64,000 bases of DNA from an uncultured delta proteobacterium (GCA_963727485.1 CAVSGM010000001.1:960001-1024000); one strand, 5' to 3'; positions 36,627 through 47,084 are shown, counted from the first letter of the stretch. Program-made: numbers and translations. The notes: a model not told the origin generated them from the sequence alone.

Positions 36627-37285
36627 GACGCGGCCTCCTTCACCCCGTGGACCAGGAGGAAGCTGTCCTCCCAGATCCGGGTCTCGGTGACCGCGGCGAA
36701 GCCGGCGGCGCGCACCGCGTCGGCGAGGCCCTCCACCGGCCGGGTGGTGGTCTGGGTGAGCAGGTAGGTCAGCGCGGTCGAGGGGGCCCGGCGCAGGTGG
36801 TACCAGGCGCGGCGCCCGGCGCTCCGGGGCACCACCTCGTCGGCGATGACCAGCTCGCCGCCGGGCTTGAGGCGGGTGCGGGCGACCTTCAGGGCGTAGG
36901 CCCGCTGCTCGAAGGAGAGCTCGGAGAAGGCGAGGCAGGAGACCACCGCGTCGAAGGTCTCCTCGGGGAACCGGTCCTCGATCTCCGCGGCGGCGAGCTG
37001 GAGGAAGGTGACCTGGCCCTCCCCGGGGACGGGCTTGGCCCGGGCCACCTCGAGCATCCCGGCGTCGAGGTCGATGCCGAAGACCTCGGCGCCCCGGGCG
37101 GCGCAGGCCAGCGACACGCCCCCGGTGCCGCAGCCGATGTCGAGGACCGTGCGTCCCGGGGCGGCGACGGCGCCCGCGAGCCGCCGGTAGACGTCGTCGA
37201 TGCGGCCGCGCGAGAGCCGGGCGATGCCCTGGTCGTAGCGCTCGGGCGCCGACTCCAGGACCTTCATCCACACGAAGCTGCTCAC
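36623..37285 (-). CDS. Class I SAM methyltransferase, corrinoid protein-associated (CpaM-like)
   Basis: MSSFVWMKVLESAPERYD N-terminus; VLDIGCGTG; LKPGG; ATGA-coupled to the hgcAB-like gene. Confidence 0.85.
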   Translation of the reverse strand: MSSFVWMKVLESAPERYDQGIARLSRGRIDDVYRRLAGAVAAPGRTVLDIGCGTGGVSLACAARGAEVFGIDLDAGMLEVARAKPVPGEGQVTFLQLAAAEIEDRFPEETFDAVVSCLAFSELSFEQRAYALKVARTRLKPGGELVIADEVVPRSAGRRAWYHLRRAPSTALTYLLTQTTTRPVEGLADAVRAAGFAAVTETRIWEDSFLLVHGVKEAAS

Positions 37286-37890
37286 AGTTCACCTCGGGGG
37301 GCGGCGCCGTCGAGGAAGCTGGTGACGGCGAGGTCGGGGATCTCGTCGAGGGTGGGCCAGGCGCCGCCGCTCCCCCAGTGCTGCACGTAGAGGAGCGAGA
37401 GGGTGCCCACGAAGAGGAGGGCGAGCTGGGGGGTGGGGCGGTCGCCGCGGAGCTCGCCGGCCCGGGCGCCCTCGGCGAGGACCTTCTCCACCCGCATCAG
37501 GTAGGGGCCGAGGTGGGCGACGATCGCGGGGTAGGTCTCGGGGCGGAAGGCCAGCGCCTCGCGGACCACCACCTTCTGGAACGCCTCCTCCTCGCGGATC
37601 ACCGAGACGTCGGCCTCGGCGAGGGCGAGGAGGCGGTCGCGGAGGGGGCCCTGGTCGTCGAGGTCGGCGTAGCGGGCGGCGGCCCGGCGGGCACCCTCGG
37701 CGATGACCTCGAGGAAGAGGCCGGTCTTCCCCTCGAAGTAGTTGTAGACGGTGCCCTTGGCGTAGCCGGCGTCGGTGGAGATGGCGTCGATGCTCGCCCG
37801 CTCCAGGCCGTCGCGGGCGAAGTGGGCGGCGGCGGCCTCGAGGAGGCGGTGGCGGGCTTCGGCCTTGGCGTCGGCGGTGATCCGGGGCAT
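37282..37890 (-). CDS. TetR/AcrR family transcriptional regulator
   Basis: LLEAAAAHFARDG...IDAISTDAGYAKGTVYNYF HTH; GTGA-coupled to the methyltransferase. Confidence 0.93.
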   Translation of the reverse strand: MPRITADAKAEARHRLLEAAAAHFARDGLERASIDAISTDAGYAKGTVYNYFEGKTGLFLEVIAEGARRAAARYADLDDQGPLRDRLLALAEADVSVIREEEAFQKVVVREALAFRPETYPAIVAHLGPYLMRVEKVLAEGARAGELRGDRPTPQLALLFVGTLSLLYVQHWGSGGAWPTLDEIPDLAVTSFLDGAAPRGEL

Positions 37891-37905
37891 CTGCGGTGGG
37901 TTCCA

Positions 37906-37933
37906 GAATATGGGTGACTGGTCACCCATATTC
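37906..37933. promoter_or_regulatory. Perfect 13-bp inverted repeat, probable TetR operator
   Basis: GAATATGGGTGAC-TG-GTCACCCATATTC, 15 bp upstream of the TetR ATG. Confidence 0.8.
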
Positions 37934-38065
37934 ATAGCACCGGCGCCCGGAGCGGGCAAGGCCCCTGTGTCCGGGCGCTTGGTGGGGGACAGGCGGGCCC
38001 GTGTCCTCGACACGTCGCCGGCCGCCCGGTAGGGTCGCGGGCCCCTTTCGACCCGGAGCCGACCC

Positions 38066-39881
38066 ATGGCCGATACCGAGTCCCGAAGCCCCCCGAGCGC
38101 CACCGGCGTCGCCGAGGCGATGGTCGGCGAGTACCGCGAGCTCACCCCCGCCGCCTTCATCCTCGGGGTGATCCAGGGCGTGGTGTTGAACCTCGCCTTC
38201 GTCTACGCGGGCCTCAAGCTCGGGTTCACCATCGGCGGGTCCACGGTGGCCGCGATCCTCGGCTACGCCCTTCTTCGTGGAGTCATGAAGAAGGGGACGA
38301 TGATCGAGAACAACATCAACCAGACCATCGCGTCCGGCATCAACACCGCCGGGACGGGGATCATCTTCACCCTCCCGGCGCTGTTCATGCTCAACGCCAA
38401 GTGGGTGAGCGAGGGCCACGCCGGGCTCTCCTTCCACGTGGCGCCGCTGCTCCTCGGGGGCATCGCCGGGGCGCTGCTCGGGGTGGTGCTCATCATCCCC
38501 CTGCGCAAGCAGATGATCGACCTCGACCGTCTGCGCTTCCCCTCGGGGGTCGCCACCGCGGTGATCATCCGCTCGGGCTCGGCGGGCATGGAGAAGGCCA
38601 AGCTCCTCGGGTGGGGCTTCCTCATCGCCGCGGGGTGGAAGCTGCTCCTGGTCTCCGGGTGGATCGACGTCAAGGGCCTCATCGCCGACGAGACGCTCAA
38701 CTACGGCTTCGGGGTGCTGCCGGCGTACATCTGGCCCCTGCTCTCGCTCTCCCTGATGAACATCGCCGCGGGGATGCTCGCCGGCCGCGGGGGGCTGGCG
38801 TTCTTCGTGGGCGGGGCCCTGTCCTGGTGGATCATCTCCCCGGCGGCGGTGCACCTGGGGTGGACGCCGGCGACCCTCCACGGCACGGCGCTGGCCGGGT
38901 TGGATCTACGGCAACATGCTCCGGCCGCTGGGGATCGGCGCCCTCATCGGTGGGGCGCTGATGGGCGTGGTGGTGAGCTTCCCGGCGATCAAGAGCGCCA
39001 TCAAGTCGCTGGCCAGCGCCTCCAAGAGCTCGGGCGCCGGCGCCTCCAAGGCCGGCCAGGACGAGATGCCCCTGTGGGTGCTCATCGTCGGCGGCGTCGC
39101 CGCGGTGGTGCTCTTCTTCGTCGCCTCGATCCTGACCCCGGGGGTCGACCTGACCCAGGCGCTCATCTCCTCGGTCGTGGGCACCATCTGGCTGGGCCTC
39201 GCCGGCCTCATCGTCGCCCAGGCCACGGGGATGACCGACATCTCGCCGATGAGCGGCATGGCGCTGATCTCGGTGACCCTGATGATGTTCCTCCTTGCCG
39301 GGAACATCGCCGCCGCCATGGTGGTGGGCATCGCGGTGAGCGTCGCCATCGGCCAGGGCGCCGACATGATGCAGGACCTCAAGACCGGGTTCATGGTCGG
39401 CGGCCGGCCCATCAAGCAGCAGATCGCCCAGTTCTCGGTGACCTGGATCGGCGCGGTGGTCGCCATGGGCGCCATCTACGTCCTGTGGAAGGGCGGGCCC
39501 GGAGGGGCGAACGGCTTCGGGCCGGGGACCTCGCTCCCGGCGCCGCAGGCCGGGGCGCTGATGGGCATCATCAACGCGGTGAAGAGCGGGCACGTGCCCA
39601 TCGACAAGTACCTGATGGGCGGCGGCATCGGCGCCCTCCTCGGCGCGGCGCCCATGGCGGGGCTGGGGGTGCTCATCGGGCTGGCCATGTACCTGCCCTT
39701 CGACATCACCTTCGGCTACGGCATCGGCGTGGCCCTGGAGATGGCGCTGGAGCGCAAGTACGGCGCCGCCTTCTACGACCAGAAGATCGTCCCCCTGGCG
39801 GCGGGGCTCATCGTCGGCGAGGCGATGATGGGCATCGGCAACGCCGGCTTCCAGATCATCCGCTCACTCCACGGAGGCTGA
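38066..39881 (+). CDS. OPT family oligopeptide transporter; frameshift at ~38900
   Basis: YAGLKLG, ENNINQTIAS, LRFPSGVATA, DMMQDLKTG, LPAPQA; extra T just before GGATC. Confidence 0.9.
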
Positions 39882-39885
39882 CCCC

Positions 39886-40449
39886 ATGATGACCAAGATC
39901 GGAGCCGCGCTCTTCGGCCTCGGGGCCATCCTGGGGATCACCGCCGGGGCCAAGGCCCCGCCGCGCATCGGCGCCTTCCCTGACACCGCGGCCTTCTACG
40001 TGGTGTCGCTGGCCGTCGCCATCGTGGGCCTGGTGCTGTGGCGCCGGGGCCGCGCCCAGGTCGGCGACGCCGAGGCCGAGGACCGCGCCCAGGGGAAGAA
40101 GGGCGCCTTCGACCTCCTCGCCGGTGCGGTGCCCGAGGCCCAGAAGCTCGCCGCCGAGCTCGGCGAGCTCGACGCCACCACCATCTGCGACCGGGTGGAG
40201 GCGTTCCTGGTGGAGTGGCTCCTCCCGCTCGCCGAGGTGCGCCAGCGGTTCATCGACCGCCTGGGGATGGCCAAGGGCGCCGAGATCCTGGTGTCGCTGG
40301 CCTACGCCGAGCGCCTGTTCAACCGGGTGTGGTCGGCGGCCGGCGACGGGCACCTCCCCGAGGCGCGCCGGGTGATGCCCGAGGCGGTCGAGGGGCTCGA
40401 GGAGGCGGCCAAGCTCGCCGCGGCGGCGAAGGCACAGCTCGCCGGCTAG
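39886..40449 (+). CDS. Hypothetical membrane protein co-transcribed with the OPT gene
   Basis: Two N-terminal TM helices; ERLFNRVWSAAGDGH; GC3-rich codons. Confidence 0.7.
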   Translation: MMTKIGAALFGLGAILGITAGAKAPPRIGAFPDTAAFYVVSLAVAIVGLVLWRRGRAQVGDAEAEDRAQGKKGAFDLLAGAVPEAQKLAAELGELDATTICDRVEAFLVEWLLPLAEVRQRFIDRLGMAKGAEILVSLAYAERLFNRVWSAAGDGHLPEARRVMPEAVEGLEEAAKLAAAAKAQLAG

Positions 40450-41144
40450 GGGGCGTCGGGTCCGGCGGTGAGCACCAGGTTCGACGGGAGGCCGGCGAAC
40501 CAGTGGCTGCCGATCCGGGCGCGCACCCCGGTTGGCAGGAGCCTCCGCAGCCCCCGCCGGTCGAGGAGGTTCAGGTTCTCCTCCTCGGCGAAGAAGTCGA
40601 AGCCCAGGCGCCGGTAGACCGGGCGATGGATCGCCGGCGGCAGGTAGTGGAGCAGGGGCACCACCGTGTGCAGCTCCACCGGGTACCAGCGATTGGGGGT
40701 GGTGAGGAACACGTTGCGGCCGACCCGGAAGACCTCAGCGACGAAGGCCCGCTGGGCCGCGCGGCTGCCCACGTGCTCCACCACCGCGTTGCAGAACACG
40801 ACGTCGAAGGCTCCGTCCTCGAAGGGCAGGGGCTCCCCCCGGCGCAGCTGCACGTAGCGCGCCTCCGGGAAGCAGCCCTCGAACGAGGCCGGATCCTCGA
40901 GCCCACCGGCGACGACCTGGCTGAGGTGGGGGAAGCGCGACTCGAAGAGGTAGTCCTCGCGCCGCGCGTGGTCGGCGCTCACCCCGAGATCGAGGACCCG
41001 CCAGTCGGGCCTCGGCGGGAAGGCCCGGGCGAAGCGCCGGTAGAGCCGGCCCTGCTCCCGGCGCAGGATCCGCTGCCACACGGCGGCCGGCACCGCCTTG
41101 CGCCGGTAGCGCGCGGTGACGTGGGACGCCGGCTCACTCGTCAC
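40446..41144 (-). CDS. Class I SAM-dependent methyltransferase
   Basis: VLDLGV, LPFEDGAFDVVFCNAVVEHVG, TTPNRWYPVELH. Confidence 0.85.
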   Translation of the reverse strand: MTSEPASHVTARYRRKAVPAAVWQRILRREQGRLYRRFARAFPPRPDWRVLDLGVSADHARREDYLFESRFPHLSQVVAGGLEDPASFEGCFPEARYVQLRRGEPLPFEDGAFDVVFCNAVVEHVGSRAAQRAFVAEVFRVGRNVFLTTPNRWYPVELHTVVPLLHYLPPAIHRPVYRRLGFDFFAEEENLNLLDRRGLRRLLPTGVRARIGSHWFAGLPSNLVLTAGPDAP

Positions 41145-41953
41145 CGACGACCTCGGCCCCCTCGAACACCGCGGGCTTCTTGTCCCGGAACGCCTCGTAG
41201 GCGATGCGGAAGTCCGGGTGCTGCATGCAGATGGCCTGGGCCTGGGCCTCGGCCTCGATGGCCTCGTCGAGGCCCAGGGGGTGCTCGTCCTCGAGCATCC
41301 GCTTGGTCATCCCATGGGCAAACGCCGGGCCCCGGGCCAGGCGGCGGGCGAGCTTCAGCGCCTCGTCGAGCACCGCCTCCGGCGCGACCACCCGGTTGGC
41401 CAGGCCGATGCGCTCGGCCTTGGCCGCGTCCACCAGCTCGCCGGTGAGGAGGATCTCGCTGGCGTGCCCCAGCCCCACCACCCGCGGCAGGAGCCACCCG
41501 GCGCCCATGTCGGCGCCGCAGAGCCCCACCTGGGGGAAGATGAACCCGAAGCGCGCCTTGGCGCTGGCGATGCGCACGTCGCAGGCGAGCGCCATCACCG
41601 CCCCGGCGCCGGCGGCGGTGCCGTTGACCGCGGCGATGACCGGCTTGGGGCACCGGCGGATGGCCTGGACCAGGGCCCCGGTCATCCGGGTGAACTTGAG
41701 CAGCCCCTGCATGTCGTAGGCGAGCAAGGGGCCGATGATGTCGTTGACGTCGCCGCCGGAGCAGAAGGCGCGGCCCTCGCCGGTGAGGACCACCGCGCGC
41801 ACCTCGTCGTGCTCGCCAAGCGACGGCGAAGAAGTCCCGGAGCTCGCCGTAGATCTCGAAGGTCAGCGCGTTGAGGACGTCGGGGCGGTCGAGGGTGATG
41901 GTCCCGACGCCGCGGTCGAGGGACCAGCGGAAGGACTTGGGATTGAGGCTCAT
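41134..41953 (-). CDS. Enoyl-CoA hydratase family protein; frameshift at ~41825
   Basis: DRPDVLNALT, AFCSGGDV, GTAAGAG, ADMGA; N-terminus lies in another frame. Confidence 0.88.
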
Positions 41954-42348
41954 GGGGCCTCCAGGACGGCGACGCCTTCGATCTCCACCAGCGCCTCGGG
42001 CTCGACGAGCTCGGTGACCCCCACCAGCGCCATGGCGGGGAAGTGGCGGCCCATGCGCTGCTTCCACACCGCGCCCACCTCGCGCAGGCTGGCGCGGTAG
42101 GCGTGCATGTCGGTGACGTAGACGGTCATCCGGGCCACGGACTGGGCGGTGCCGCCGGCGGCCTCGACCACCGCGAGGAAGTTCGCCAGGGCCTGGTCGA
42201 GCTGGGCCACGAAGCCTCCGGGGAAGCGCTCCTCGGTGTCCCAGCCCACCTGGCCGGCGACGTGGAGGTGGCGGCCTTCGCCGATCATGCCGTTGGCGTA
42301 GCCCTTGGGACGGGGCCAGCCGGAGGGGAGGACGGGTGCGAGGGACAT
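41950..42348 (-). CDS. RidA family protein
   Basis: PKGYANG, AGQVGW, HFPAMALVGV, VEIEG. Confidence 0.92.
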   Translation of the reverse strand: MSLAPVLPSGWPRPKGYANGMIGEGRHLHVAGQVGWDTEERFPGGFVAQLDQALANFLAVVEAAGGTAQSVARMTVYVTDMHAYRASLREVGAVWKQRMGRHFPAMALVGVTELVEPEALVEIEGVAVLEAP

Positions 42349-42724
42349 GCCCGGGTTGTAGTGGGCGGGGAGGGCGGCGTCCAGGGCGGGCGACGGGCGC
42401 GCGGCCTACGCGAAGGGTCCGGAGGTTCCGCCCGTCCGCCGCATCAGCCACCCGACGCCGCAGCCCACGAGCACCACGGCCCCGACCGCGGTGGTCACCG
42501 CGAAGGCGAGGGCGCCGGCGACCGGCCCGCCGAGGCCCGTCGCCAGCCCCAGGATGCCGACCAGCAGGGCGGCGACGCCGACGCCGGCGGCGACCCGGAG
42601 CACCGGCGAGCGCCGGTCCCTGCCGTCGGGGCGGGGTGACGGGGAGGCGTCCACGCTCCCCAGCCTAGGCAGTCTGCGCCCCGCCCGCAGCGCGCGGTGC
42701 GTCATGCCGGGGTCGCGCGCGGGA

Positions 42725-43495
42725 TCAGTGCGGCACCTGGCCCCCGTCGAGGCTGATCGCCGACCCGTTGATCCCCCGGGCCGCCTCGGGCAGGAGCGCC
42801 CCGCAGAGGTAGGCGACCTCCTCCACCGTGTAGATCCGCCGCTGGGGCGAGAGATCCTCCAGGGCCCGCCGCGCCTCGCCCTCGCTGCGCCCGGTGGACT
42901 GCACGATCCCCTCGAGGGCGTTGGCGAGGATGTCGGTCTCCACGAACCCGGGGCACACGGCGTTCACCGTGATCCCCTTGCGGGCGACCTCGTGGGCGAG
43001 GGTCCGGGTGAGCCCGATGAGCCCGTGCTTCGAGGCGACGTAGGCGGCGATGTAGGGGCGCCCGAAGAGCCCGGCGTTCGAGGCCACGTTGATGACGCGC
43101 CCCCAGCCCGCCTCGATCATGTCCGGGAGCACCGCCCGGGTCACCATGAACGGCCCGGTGAGGTTGGTGGAGAGCACCCGCTCCCACTCGGCGTCGGTGG
43201 TCTTCACCACCGGGGCCGAGCTGGCCACCCCGGCGCCGTTCACCACCACGGTGATGGGCCCGAGGCGCGCGTGGATGAGGGCCACCCCGGCGTCGATGGA
43301 CGCCCGGTCGGTGACGTCCATGGGGACCGGCAGGCACCCGCACTCCTCGGCCATCTCCCGCAGGCGCGCCTCGTTGCGCGCCGCGGCGGCGACCTTCAGC
43401 CCCAGCCTGGTGAAGTGGCGGACGATGCCCGCGCCGATCCCCCGGCTCCCCCCGGTGACCAGCGCGACCTTCCCCGTAAGCTCTGCGTGCTCCAT
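42725..43495 (-). CDS. SDR family oxidoreductase (3-hydroxybutyrate dehydrogenase-like)
   Basis: TGGSRGIG, NGAG, YVASK, VCPGFVET. Confidence 0.93.
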   Translation of the reverse strand: MEHAELTGKVALVTGGSRGIGAGIVRHFTRLGLKVAAAARNEARLREMAEECGCLPVPMDVTDRASIDAGVALIHARLGPITVVVNGAGVASSAPVVKTTDAEWERVLSTNLTGPFMVTRAVLPDMIEAGWGRVINVASNAGLFGRPYIAAYVASKHGLIGLTRTLAHEVARKGITVNAVCPGFVETDILANALEGIVQSTGRSEGEARRALEDLSPQRRIYTVEEVAYLCGALLPEAARGINGSAISLDGGQVPH

Positions 43496-43592
43496 GGCGT
43501 TCCCCCCGGTATGGCCGCGACCGCGGCCGTAACGCACAGCGTCAAGCTAGCCGCGCGCGGCGACCCGGGCAACGCCGGCCACCCGGGTTAGG

Positions 43593-44495
43593 ATGCGCCC
43601 CATGGCTTTCCGCAAGACCGTCGAGCCCGGCGACGTCCGCCGGGAGCTCCTCCCCGGCCAGAGCCCGGGCCTCCTCCAGACCCTCCACCTGCTGGACCGC
43701 GACGGGCGGATGCACGCCGACAGCCGGCGCAAGCTCAAGCAGGTGAACCACTTCGTGCGCCTCTTGACCCCGGCCCTCGACGACGCCTTCGCCCGGCACG
43801 ACCAGCCGGTGATCGTCGACGCCGGCGCCGGCAACGCCTACCTCGGCTTCATCCTCCACGAGCTCTTCGTGGGGCCCAACGGCCGCGGGGAGGTCATCGG
43901 CATCGAGGCCCGGTGCGAGCTGGTCGAGCAGGCGAAGAGCCGCGCCGATGAGCTCGGCTACGACCGCCTCCAGGTCCTGGAGAGCGCCGTGGAGACCGCG
44001 CCGGTCCCCGACCGGGTGCACGTGCTCGTGGCGCTGCACGCCTGCGACACCGCCACCGACGACGCGTTGCTCCTGGCGCTGGCCAAGGGCGCCGACCACG
44101 TGGCGGTGGTCCCCTGCTGCCAGGCCGAGGTCGCCCGCCAGCTCCGGGAGGCCGGCCGGCGCGTCCCCGACCCCGAGCTCGCGCCCCTGTGGCACCACGC
44201 CTGGCACGCCCGGGAGTTCGGCTCGCACCTGACCAACGTCATCCGGGCGCTCGTCCTCGAGGCCCACGGCTACCAGGTCACCGTCACCGAGCTCGCCGGG
44301 TGGGAGCACTCCCTGAAGAACGAGCTCATCCTCGGGCGGCGGGTGCACCAGGAGAACCCCAAGGCGAGGCGGGCGCTGATGGCCCTCCTGGCCCGGGTCC
44401 CGGCGCGGCCGAAGCTGGTGCGCGAGCTGGGCCTTTTGCCCGAGGCCTCAGACCTCGAGGCTCCGCCAGCGCCCGCGGCCGAAGACCACGGCTAG
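43593..44495 (+). CDS. SAM-dependent methyltransferase (Methyltransf_32-like)
   Basis: RRKLKQVNHF, DAGAGNAYLG, ALHACDTATD, VPCCQ, EHSLKN. Confidence 0.88.
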   Translation: MRPMAFRKTVEPGDVRRELLPGQSPGLLQTLHLLDRDGRMHADSRRKLKQVNHFVRLLTPALDDAFARHDQPVIVDAGAGNAYLGFILHELFVGPNGRGEVIGIEARCELVEQAKSRADELGYDRLQVLESAVETAPVPDRVHVLVALHACDTATDDALLLALAKGADHVAVVPCCQAEVARQLREAGRRVPDPELAPLWHHAWHAREFGSHLTNVIRALVLEAHGYQVTVTELAGWEHSLKNELILGRRVHQENPKARRALMALLARVPARPKLVRELGLLPEASDLEAPPAPAAEDHG

Positions 44496-45851
44496 CCACA
44501 CCGCGCGGACCCCCCAGTCCAGGGTGCTCCCCACCCACACGCCGATGAGCCCCCAGCCGAGGACGAAGGCGAAGAGCCAGGTCCCGGCGACCCGGACCGC
44601 CACCGGCCCCACCAGCGCCGCGATCATCGGCGTCTTGGTGTCGCCCGCGCCCCGGAGGCCGTTGGCCAGCGAGTCGGTCACCGCCATCAGCGGCTGGGCC
44701 ACCGCGGCGACCAGGAGGCACTTCGCCCCGAGGGCGACGATCGCCGGGTCGGTGGAGAAGAGGCCGATGAGCTGCCGGGGGAGGCCCACGAAGAGCGCCG
44801 AGATCCCGAGGAGCCAGGTGGTGGCGATGCCCGTGGCGACCCACCCGGCCCGGGCTGCGTCGTCGGGGCGTCTGGCGCCGAGCTTCTGGGCCACCAGCGC
44901 CCCGGCGGCGATGCCGAAGCCCTCGGCGGCGATGAAGCCGATGGACTCGATGGCGATCAGCGCCTGGTTCGCGGCCATCGCCGTGTCCCCGAGGCGGCCC
45001 ACCAGGGCCACGAAGGTGAGGAACCCGGCGTGGAAGAGCAGCTGCTCCCCGAAGCTCGCCCGGCTCACCCGGAGGATGCTCCCGAGCGCCGCCCGGTGCC
45101 GGGCGGTGGGTCGCTCGACGACCAGCCTCGCCGCGTGGCGCCGGCGCAGGAGCACCGCCACCAGGATCACCCCCTCGAGGACGAAGGACGCCGCGGTGGC
45201 GATGGCCGCGCCCTCGACCCCCAGGCGCGGGGCGCCGAGCTTGCCGTAGATGAGCACCCAGTCGAGGCCCACGTTGGTGGCCTGGGCGACGATGGCGACC
45301 ACCAGCGGCGTCCGGGTGTCGCCGGAGGCCTGGAGCACGGTGGTGGCCACCAGGCCCACGAAGCCCAGGCCGATGACCGGGAGGATGACGCCCAGGTACT
45401 GCTCGGAGAGGGCGCGCACCGCGGGGCTGGTCGCCGGGCCGCTGGCGAGGAGGGTCGCCACCAGGGGCCGGGCGAGGTAGCCGGCGAGGCCCACCGCCGC
45501 GCCGATGCCCACCGCCAGGGCGATGGCCGAGGCGGTGGCGTGGCGGGCGCGGTCGGCGTCCTCGGCCCCCACCGCCCGGCCGACCACCGCCAGGGTCCCC
45601 GCGGAGAAGGCGGTGAACACCGAGGTCAGAGACCAGAGGAACGGGCCGCTGACCTGCATCGAGGCCAGGGCGTCGGCGCCGTAGCGACCGAGCATCAGCC
45701 GGTCGGTGAGGAAGACGCCGGTGGCGACGACGCCCTGGAGGATCGCCGGCCAGGCGAGGCGCAGCACCTCGCGGCCGAGGGCCCGGGTGGTGGCTACACC
45801 CAGAGGGCGCGGGGGATGAAGGTCCAGCTCTGGGGGCGTGCCGTCGGCCAC
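44448..45851 (-). CDS. MATE family efflux transporter
   Basis: LAWPAIL, GDTRTPL, LGVEGAAIAT, LRGAGDT; about 12 TM helices; start uncertain. Confidence 0.9.
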   Translation of the reverse strand: MADGTPPELDLHPPRPLGVATTRALGREVLRLAWPAILQGVVATGVFLTDRLMLGRYGADALASMQVSGPFLWSLTSVFTAFSAGTLAVVGRAVGAEDADRARHATASAIALAVGIGAAVGLAGYLARPLVATLLASGPATSPAVRALSEQYLGVILPVIGLGFVGLVATTVLQASGDTRTPLVVAIVAQATNVGLDWVLIYGKLGAPRLGVEGAAIATAASFVLEGVILVAVLLRRRHAARLVVERPTARHRAALGSILRVSRASFGEQLLFHAGFLTFVALVGRLGDTAMAANQALIAIESIGFIAAEGFGIAAGALVAQKLGARRPDDAARAGWVATGIATTWLLGISALFVGLPRQLIGLFSTDPAIVALGAKCLLVAAVAQPLMAVTDSLANGLRGAGDTKTPMIAALVGPVAVRVAGTWLFAFVLGWGLIGVWVGSTLDWGVRAVWLAVVFGRGRWRSLEV

Positions 45852-46729
45852 AGGGGTGCCATCATGGGGAGACTCGACTTCCGTGCAACCTCCCGGCCGA
45901 GGGCCGCGGGCAGCGGCGGGTCCCCGGGGCTCGTCCAGTGGCGGACCTCGGCCACCCCGAGGTGCGCCGCCGTGCGCCGGGCGGCCTCCACCAGGGCCGA
46001 GGCCCCGGCCTCCGAGCCGGCGAGGAGCAGCAGGAGCTCGAGCCGGTCGGTCTTCCGATCGAGGTACCAGACCACGAGGTCGCGCCCCGCCCGGGCGCCG
46101 CAGACCTCGGTGTGGGCGAGGCCCATCAGGTCGTCGTAGATGCGCTGGCGCTCCAGGTGCCAGTCGAGCTGCGGGGCCGTGGGCCGCACCCCCACCTCGC
46201 CGCCCGGCCAGGGAGCCACCGCCAGGGCGGCCTCCAGGTCACCTTGGGTGAGCAGCGCGTCCACGGCGGTCGCGGGATCCCCGGGGACGGCCTCGAGCAC
46301 CCGGTAGGGGAAGACCCGGGCCACGTAGCCCGCCCGGCCGTAGATCGCCTCGCCCACGTCGGAGAAGAGGATGGAGGCGAAGGCGTCCGAGTCGACCGAC
46401 GGGAGCCGCGCCACCAGGGCCCGCATCATCGCGGTGGCGTGGCCGCGGCCCCGGAGGTGGGGCTCGGTGTACACCGAGGCGACCCCGTAGGCGTGCCCGG
46501 CGCGCCCGCCGGCGGTCCCCTCCATGCGGAAGGTCTCGCAGGAGGCGAGGATCGCTCCCGCGTCGTCCTTCCACAGCCAGGCGGTCATCGCCGCCCGGGC
46601 CCACCGGTGGGCCCGGAGCCGCCGCTCCCGCTCGGCGTAGGCGTCGACCGAGAGCCGCTGCCCCCAGGCCGCGTGGGTGACCCGGTCCCGGGCGCGCTGC
46701 TCCGCCTCGGTGGCGACGACCAGGGGCAC
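45794..46729 (-). CDS. GNAT family N-acetyltransferase
   Basis: GVASVYTEPHLRGRGHA acetyl-CoA motif; LFSDVG..YGRAGY. Confidence 0.85.
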   Translation of the reverse strand: MPLVVATEAEQRARDRVTHAAWGQRLSVDAYAERERRLRAHRWARAAMTAWLWKDDAGAILASCETFRMEGTAGGRAGHAYGVASVYTEPHLRGRGHATAMMRALVARLPSVDSDAFASILFSDVGEAIYGRAGYVARVFPYRVLEAVPGDPATAVDALLTQGDLEAALAVAPWPGGEVGVRPTAPQLDWHLERQRIYDDLMGLAHTEVCGARAGRDLVVWYLDRKTDRLELLLLLAGSEAGASALVEAARRTAAHLGVAEVRHWTSPGDPPLPAALGREVARKSSLPMMAPLWPTARPQSWTFIPRALWV

Positions 46730-46748
46730 GGCGCGGGGGCCTCCCGGC

Positions 46749-47084
46749 CTAGAGCCGGTCGCCGTACTTGGCCTTGGCCGGGCGGAAGGAGTCGAAGGCC
46801 CGGGCCAGGATCTCCTTGGGCTTCGTCGACCGGGGCGGCACCAGCTCGGGGACCTCGAGGCCCAGGATCTTCGCCGCCTCGTTGTAGTCGGAGGCGCCGC
46901 GCTCCCGGAGCTGGGAGGTGGAGGTGTGGCCCTCCTCGCCGCCGAGGGAGCCCGCGAGGCGCTCGCGCAGCACGCCCAGGCGCGCCCGCTCGGCCCAGTC
47001 CATCTCCGGGGTGCCCATCTTCACGTCGAGGGTGCGGATCATCTCCGCCAGCTTCTCGCGCCACTGCCGCTCACGCAGGTTCAT
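46749..47084 (-). CDS. Hypothetical protein coupled to queF
   Basis: ATGA overlap with the queF stop; GC3-rich 111-aa ORF. Confidence 0.65.
   Translation of the reverse strand: MNLRERQWREKLAEMIRTLDVKMGTPEMDWAERARLGVLRERLAGSLGGEEGHTSTSQLRERGASDYNEAAKILGLEVPELVPPRSTKPKEILARAFDSFRPAKAKYGDRL

Noticed and set aside
42406..42705. Small hydrophobic ORF between the SDR and RidA genes
   Set aside because: May be a real two-TM protein, but start and family cannot be supported.
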